Below are positions 57,228 through 64,000 of a stretch of 64,000 bases of DNA, in pieces (the first letter of the stretch is position 1; every line of letters starts with the position of its first letter). The translations under genes were made by a program, and so were the position numbers. This DNA is from Halocafeteria seosinensis (Eukaryota). The notes beneath the pieces were generated by a model. That model was not told the DNA's origin, made no database searches, and worked only from the letters and a program-made list of their open reading frames with translations. Location of the stretch: contig LVLI01000176.1 of the NCBI GenBank assembly GCA_001687465.1, positions 1 to 64,000 of the forward strand, in the 5' to 3' direction.

Positions 57228-58877
57228 ATGGATACGCAAACATTAGACGTCGAACCAATGAGCATAGAAGCTACAGACTACGAGTATAGTCTACTCCGCA
57301 GATTCATCGCATATCATCGACTTGACGATTGTGGGTCCTGCACGCTTGGAGCTTCCCGAGGACTCAGCATATCAGTTTGCTACTGGTTGTTGCAAAGCCT
57401 TGTATCATTTGTTCCATATATCTGGTTATTATCACAGTTGCAAGATGTCTTCGGGAAACCGATTCTTCTTAGCAGGACCGCTAATAAGTCCCCCTATGTA
57501 GGACTATCACTAGCATCAATGGTAGTGTGTGCTGATCTTTCCTCTACGGCTGCTTCGACAGATCTGAGGGAGACCATCCAGTCCCGCCGAGAGGACTGCT
57601 TCGAGTACATTCGAGAGACGGAGCTTTTCCGGTTAAACTGTAGTATTTTGCACTGGAATCATAAGTACACAGTAAAACACTACGTTTCCCTCCGTGCTAA
57701 TGAAACCTTCGATGGAGGCGAAGACAACGTGCTTGACTTGGAAGGGGTCGATGACTTCCGTGGACTGTTAACAGTAGATGCTGACAGTGTTAGGTCGCTC
57801 GCTGATGCTCCCTTAATACAAAACGTCCATGTGGAGCATGGTAAAACTACAGAGAAGGGCGGTTTCATAGTTAGACAACAGCAGCGTTTCTTCAGTGTGA
57901 AATCCTGTAGTTCTTCAGGAGACATTCGAGCCGAAGGAGGTGGTATATGCGGAGCAATGTGCGGGAGTGGAGGTGAAATCAGAATCACGGGTTCGAGCTC
58001 TACTGGAAAAATAGGAGCGAAAGCTGGTGGCATAGTTGGTATTAGCGCGGGGTGCCACAAAGGTAGAGTTAGTATCTCGAATAGCCAGTCAACGGGCGAG
58101 ATTGGGGGATGGAACTCAGGTGGAATTTGTGGACCCACGCTAGCGCGAGATGGTGGCCACGGCTACGTAACTCGATCGTATTCGCGGGGATATATTACTG
58201 GCCCAAGAAACGGCGGGATAGTTGGAGCCAATTGTGGGTATAAGAATGGGTCAGTTTACGTAAGGGAATGCTATTCTTCTGGGACAATTGTAGCCAGACG
58301 GTCCGGTGGCATCATTGGAGGTGCCTCCGCTGAAGAGTTTGGTGAAGTTCATGTTCTCGATTGTTACTCTACGGGATCGATAAAGGGGGAAAATTCCGGA
58401 GGCATCTGCGGAGAGAATACAGGAGGTGATCCAGCACGTGCTCCAGGCATTGTAGCCGTTTCCAGATCGTTTACTTCCGGTGCTATTTTTGCAAACGCCG
58501 GGGGCATCATTGGTAGTGTTATAAAAGGGATTGTGACCGTACAATATTCGGTTTTCAGAGGAGATACACGCCCATTTCCAATTGTAGGCGAAACTACAGG
58601 AGGAGAAGTTCACCTGAGAGGCAATTCGAATGATTTGGACAAGATACGAGGAACGCTCTACTACGAGAACGGGACCAAACGCTGGTCACATGCAGCTTGG
58701 GTTCTTAATGGAAGTGACACGTTTCCCATTCTACTCTTTCAACTTCGGGACCCCTTTCGTAGGGAACGGCGAAGCTCTCATTGTGTGTCAGCAATTCCCG
58801 CAAAGATACATGTTCAGAAGCAGAAGGCTGAACGGCCTGTACGGGTAACCAAGAAGAGAACGAGCAGAAGGAGCTAA
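57228..58877 (+). CDS. GLUG-like Gly/Cys-rich repeat (putative beta-helix) protein; true start may be downstream
   Basis: Seven ~28-33 aa repeats of the form xS(S/T)GxI...GGI(C/V/I)G in one uninterrupted frame. Confidence 0.75.
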   Translation: MDTQTLDVEPMSIEATDYEYSLLRRFIAYHRLDDCGSCTLGASRGLSISVCYWLLQSLVSFVPYIWLLSQLQDVFGKPILLSRTANKSPYVGLSLASMVVCADLSSTAASTDLRETIQSRREDCFEYIRETELFRLNCSILHWNHKYTVKHYVSLRANETFDGGEDNVLDLEGVDDFRGLLTVDADSVRSLADAPLIQNVHVEHGKTTEKGGFIVRQQQRFFSVKSCSSSGDIRAEGGGICGAMCGSGGEIRITGSSSTGKIGAKAGGIVGISAGCHKGRVSISNSQSTGEIGGWNSGGICGPTLARDGGHGYVTRSYSRGYITGPRNGGIVGANCGYKNGSVYVRECYSSGTIVARRSGGIIGGASAEEFGEVHVLDCYSTGSIKGENSGGICGENTGGDPARAPGIVAVSRSFTSGAIFANAGGIIGSVIKGIVTVQYSVFRGDTRPFPIVGETTGGEVHLRGNSNDLDKIRGTLYYENGTKRWSHAAWVLNGSDTFPILLFQLRDPFRRERRSSHCVSAIPAKIHVQKQKAERPVRVTKKRTSRRS

Positions 58878-59296
58878 TGTTTAACCATTAACTGGCTGGG
58901 ACCCTCCGACAAACTTAAGAGCACGCTAATGGATAATCTTATCCGTACTTTTAGAGGGGTTGGTACATATCCACCTCCCAGTTAAACTTTGGATTTTCTC
59001 GATGGGTTTATGGAACCCAATCCCTCCCAGCAGTATCAATAGACTTACAGGTATATTCCATAAGTAAACCTAAATGGCATTCAATCTACAGATCAAACAT
59101 AGCATAACAGCCGCAACAACGCCCTTTGCCGCGTATACCTTTTAGCAATCACACATGTAGCGATCCGCGGTTGTTTCACGGCGTTTACACAAGAGTAGCA
59201 ACCCATATTGATGCTTTTCTTTGACGAATCTATTTAAGGTGTGAGCGCTTTATCGAGTGCACTATCCACTACACCCAGTTGCATGACAATGTTGGC

Positions 59297-60062
59297 TCAG
59301 GTATCCTGAATGGCTTCTGATGGTGTTGGCAAGTGAGACTTCCGAAGAATATCTTGAGAAGTTGGTCTTTGTCTCCGTTTGTCCTTATAAAAGTCATTGA
59401 TGGCTTTGACAACTTCCTGCCTGCTAGCCTTCGATAAAGCTCTATGCGCATCTCTCATTTTCGTGAATTTCTTCCTGTCATCTGTAACAAGTAAAATACC
59501 GTGTAACTGGGGGTCCTCAGTCCACTGAGGATCAATATAAACCGATCCAGTAAGTTTGGAAACTCTGTAACTGGTGCTCTGGAAACATGTGTGTTCAGTC
59601 CATCTCCCTTCACCTTCCTTGCGAAGTTCTGCATCCAAAGAATGGGTCAACAAATGGAGACTGTACCTGTAGCAAGGGCATCACTTACCGTATCGCGATA
59701 CCCTATCACAGCAGTAGCAAACGGAGCAGAACCATCCATCAGCGGTATTGCTGAACTTAGCAGGCGACCTGGACGGAGCCAGTTGTATACTGAGAATGTT
59801 CCCGTGGCGTGCCATTCGGAGCTGCACTTCCATACATCGTAGGCAATAGACGACGCTTCAAATTGCTAAGTATCAAAGGCACCATCTCACAAGCCAACTT
59901 GCTTACCTGCTCGCCACATATGAAGGACATAATGGTCCAGCAATTGCAGGCGCATGCTTGACTGATCTGGGAGACAAATGGCACCTCGTAGCCGGAGTGG
60001 TCCATTTCGATTAGCAACCCTCTCCTGGTCCTTCGATTAGGAGGCACCCCCTCCCCTGGTCC
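59297..60062 (-). pseudogene. Possible decayed gene fragment with faint kinase C-lobe resemblance
   Basis: Intron-like GTAAGC/GTAAGT donors, peptides TGSVYIDPQW and DKRRQRPTSQDIL, and a degenerate ~30-bp tandem duplication at 60006-60062. No consistent full frame found. Confidence 0.2.
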
Positions 60063-60594
60063 TACAACAGCACACGAGTGCTTTCACGACACGACTATTT
60101 TATCAGGTACACCATAGAGAAGAGTATAAAGTCACTATCTATACAGTGTACAGCCTCTAAGAAAATAGCACTTGCGCTTCCAAGGCTCAGCGACCTTCTC
60201 GATCCTCTTCCTCCTTCCACCACACAGCCAAAACCGGGCTTAAATACTGAAAACCTATACGATAACAAGACGCGCCGCTTACTTTAACAATCTGTAGCAC
60301 AGATCGAACTCAAGTTACTCAATGCCATCGCAACTTGCCATTTCTTCAGCATCGGTCGCAAACTGCGGAATAGTACGAGCAGCAGCGGTGCTCAACCATG
60401 TCTATCTGGCCCACGAGTTGCAACAGTAGGTGGAGACTGAAAAGTATACCGTCTTTTCGTTTCACCAAATCCACTATGCACCGATTGGAAAAGTTCATGG
60501 CGTAAGGTAGGGATTCGTCGTTTTGGGCGTTGTATATTGTGCGATCCCTGTCACGCTAGCAGACAGAGCATTGCCCAGCACGATGCAGGTGAAG

Positions 60595-62080
<1,486 letters not shown>

Positions 62081-62360
62081 TTTAGGTCCACCGCGAACAG
62101 TATTCGATCGATTTACAAGCTCCTTCAGCAGATGCTTCCGACGGGGTGAGTGCGTCAACGAACTCCCAACAAGCAAAACAAAAAAAGTATCTCTTGAACA
62201 ATGGAGGGAAGTGGTGGCGAAGAGGTTGAAGTTGAGCTCAGGTCCTTATAACATAGACACTTGCTCCCGTTACAGGTTGACTACCACACCAGTATTTGTT
62301 TGGGCAACAGCATGGGGACGGATGTGATGATGACTCTCAGTATGGTTGGCTAGGTTGTTC

Positions 62361-63973
62361 ATGGAGGGGAGAAAGGGTCAAATAATGGACTGGGCGACAC
62401 GATTAGAGATCAAATACGAGCGGACAGCTCCTCCATTAGAGAAGAAAGATGAAAGTTTATTCTACCATGTGCTGAAGCAACACCATCAGGACCTTCTCTA
62501 CAATTGCGCTTATCACAAATGGACCTTATGTATCCCAGTTACGAGCGCGCTGCCGAGCGATCGAATCAGCCGAGCTGAAATAGGTACGTAGTGTTACCCT
62601 GAAGTGGCACTTTTTCTATATGTGTGAACATCTTCGCTAATGACGTGAGTGCAGAGACGCATATCCTCAAGTACATCAAGCCCAATCATCTCGAATCCCT
62701 CACAGGGGCGGCAATTCGCTCTTCGGACGATGCCCTATGGCTCCAACCTGAAAGTGCTCTGCCGGTTAACCAGTCACAGGCTGTGATTGATCCGGAAGAA
62801 TTGGACGCTCAAGAAGTGCACGATGCTTCGTCAACTAGGAGCAGCTTTACCCTCAATTCAGAACCGGGTGACTCTACAGAAAGAGCTTCTTCTGATGTCA
62901 GCGCTCTGCTAGCAGACTCTGACAAGGGGGCCCACGGTCAACTCATTTTGAGCCATAGGAAGATCAAGGTGATCCCAGGGCGAATACCTCTGTTACAGAG
63001 ATATACGCATAAGGTGAAAATGAAAGATGGTAGGACTTCCTCTTTTCCTGTCATACATATTGGAAGAGCTTTCCATGGGAAGATATACGCTGCCAGCGTG
63101 GGGGAAGAACTGACAGAGTCTGGTATTCGACTCTACATGGGAACGCTGGCATGCTCTCCAGAAACCCAACCAGTTTTTCTTACGTTGAAAAATTGGTCAG
63201 ATGAATTATGCAAACATTTGAGATATCATAATGTATGGGATCTGTTTACCCCGTTGGCGTTACTTATCGAGCGTCAGTGCTATAATGCGGTTCGGTGCTT
63301 GCTCGAGAGTGGGATTGTGCAAGAAATGACCGGGAGACAGCAGTCAATTCTACAGAAGATTTTCACACTCTGCAGACGTGAAACGAACCAATGGAGGCCT
63401 TCGATTGAAAGCATTCGCGAGCAACTAGTCCGGGTTTGTGGCAGTTATATCTTTGAACGGCTACATGACGAACTAATGCGACAAGTTACGGAAGCATTTC
63501 ATAGTGAGATTTCCTCGTTCAACAAGAAACTTGAGAAGATGGCTCAAAGCGTCACTCAGGACAGTATCGGAGTTGACAAGCATGTGAAAGGTGAATTTTT
63601 TTCTGTGTCGCTGGCTTTATCCAAAGTACATAGGGCAAAGACTCCACTGTCGAAACTGCAGTGCTTTAATGAGGCCCGGCAGCGACTATCAGAATGTTGC
63701 TACTACAATGCAATGAAAAATGGGTGTGACATGGACACGTTTGCCGTGGGGTCTGATCATATGATAAACCCGCTGGTATTCGTCTTGGTGAAGCATCATA
63801 AAGAGATACGATCCAGTTTACTGCTGGCTCAATTAATATTTATTGCAGACTTCCACAAATTCGCTGAGCGGACTCTTGAAAAAGCTTTTATGGACATTCA
63901 GGCTGCTATCTTGTATCTCCTTGAGAAAGTGAACAAAGTCTCCGATGAGAGTAAAGGCAAAACTGACGGCTGA
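62361..63973 (+). CDS. VPS9-domain protein (Rab5-family GEF) with VARP/ANKRD27-like N-terminus
   Basis: C-terminal KTPLSKLQCF...VGSDHMINPLVFVLVK...QLIFIADF...DIQAAILYL. N-terminal LFYHVLK...WTLCIP...|ETHIL. One intron near 62584. Confidence 0.78.
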
Positions 63974-64000
63974 TGGGGAACGAAGCAACATGTAACTATG

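Overview
Gene-dense eukaryotic (protist-type) nuclear DNA read with the standard genetic code. It carries many short (mostly ~55-75 nt) GT-AG introns, so the ORF track fragments most genes. I rebuilt about 23 protein genes by hand. Recognisable ones are DGAT1, Sec20, a DHHC palmitoyltransferase, eIF4A, alpha-COP, a Trm61/TrmI-type tRNA m1A58 methyltransferase, an AIFM3-like Rieske/FAD reductase, a Trx + 3xGrx monothiol glutaredoxin and proline iminopeptidase. There are also VPS9, GRAM, PH-RCC1, ARM, SHIPPO-repeat and SMIM13-like proteins, two ~2000-aa orphans and one tRNA-Arg(UCG). The content suggests a flagellated heterotrophic protist, possibly a stramenopile; this is unverified. Best-supported non-genic signal: a short retroposon family with a 3' stem-loop and (GT)n tail, present in three copies, two of them with exact 9-bp target-site duplications. 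More speculative leads: an RNase MRP/P-like motif arrangement at 11.2-11.6 kb; shared structured motifs in two long eIF4A introns; a FAIM-like gene hidden by introns; a SAP + Cys/His-rich protein starting with an ALKBH2-like APIM; an intronless GLUG-like repeat gene; and a repeat-hairpin-repeat next to the tRNA. All family calls come from motif recognition by eye; no searches were run. Single N bases at 1022 and 2341 mean contiguity in the first 2.4 kb is uncertain.
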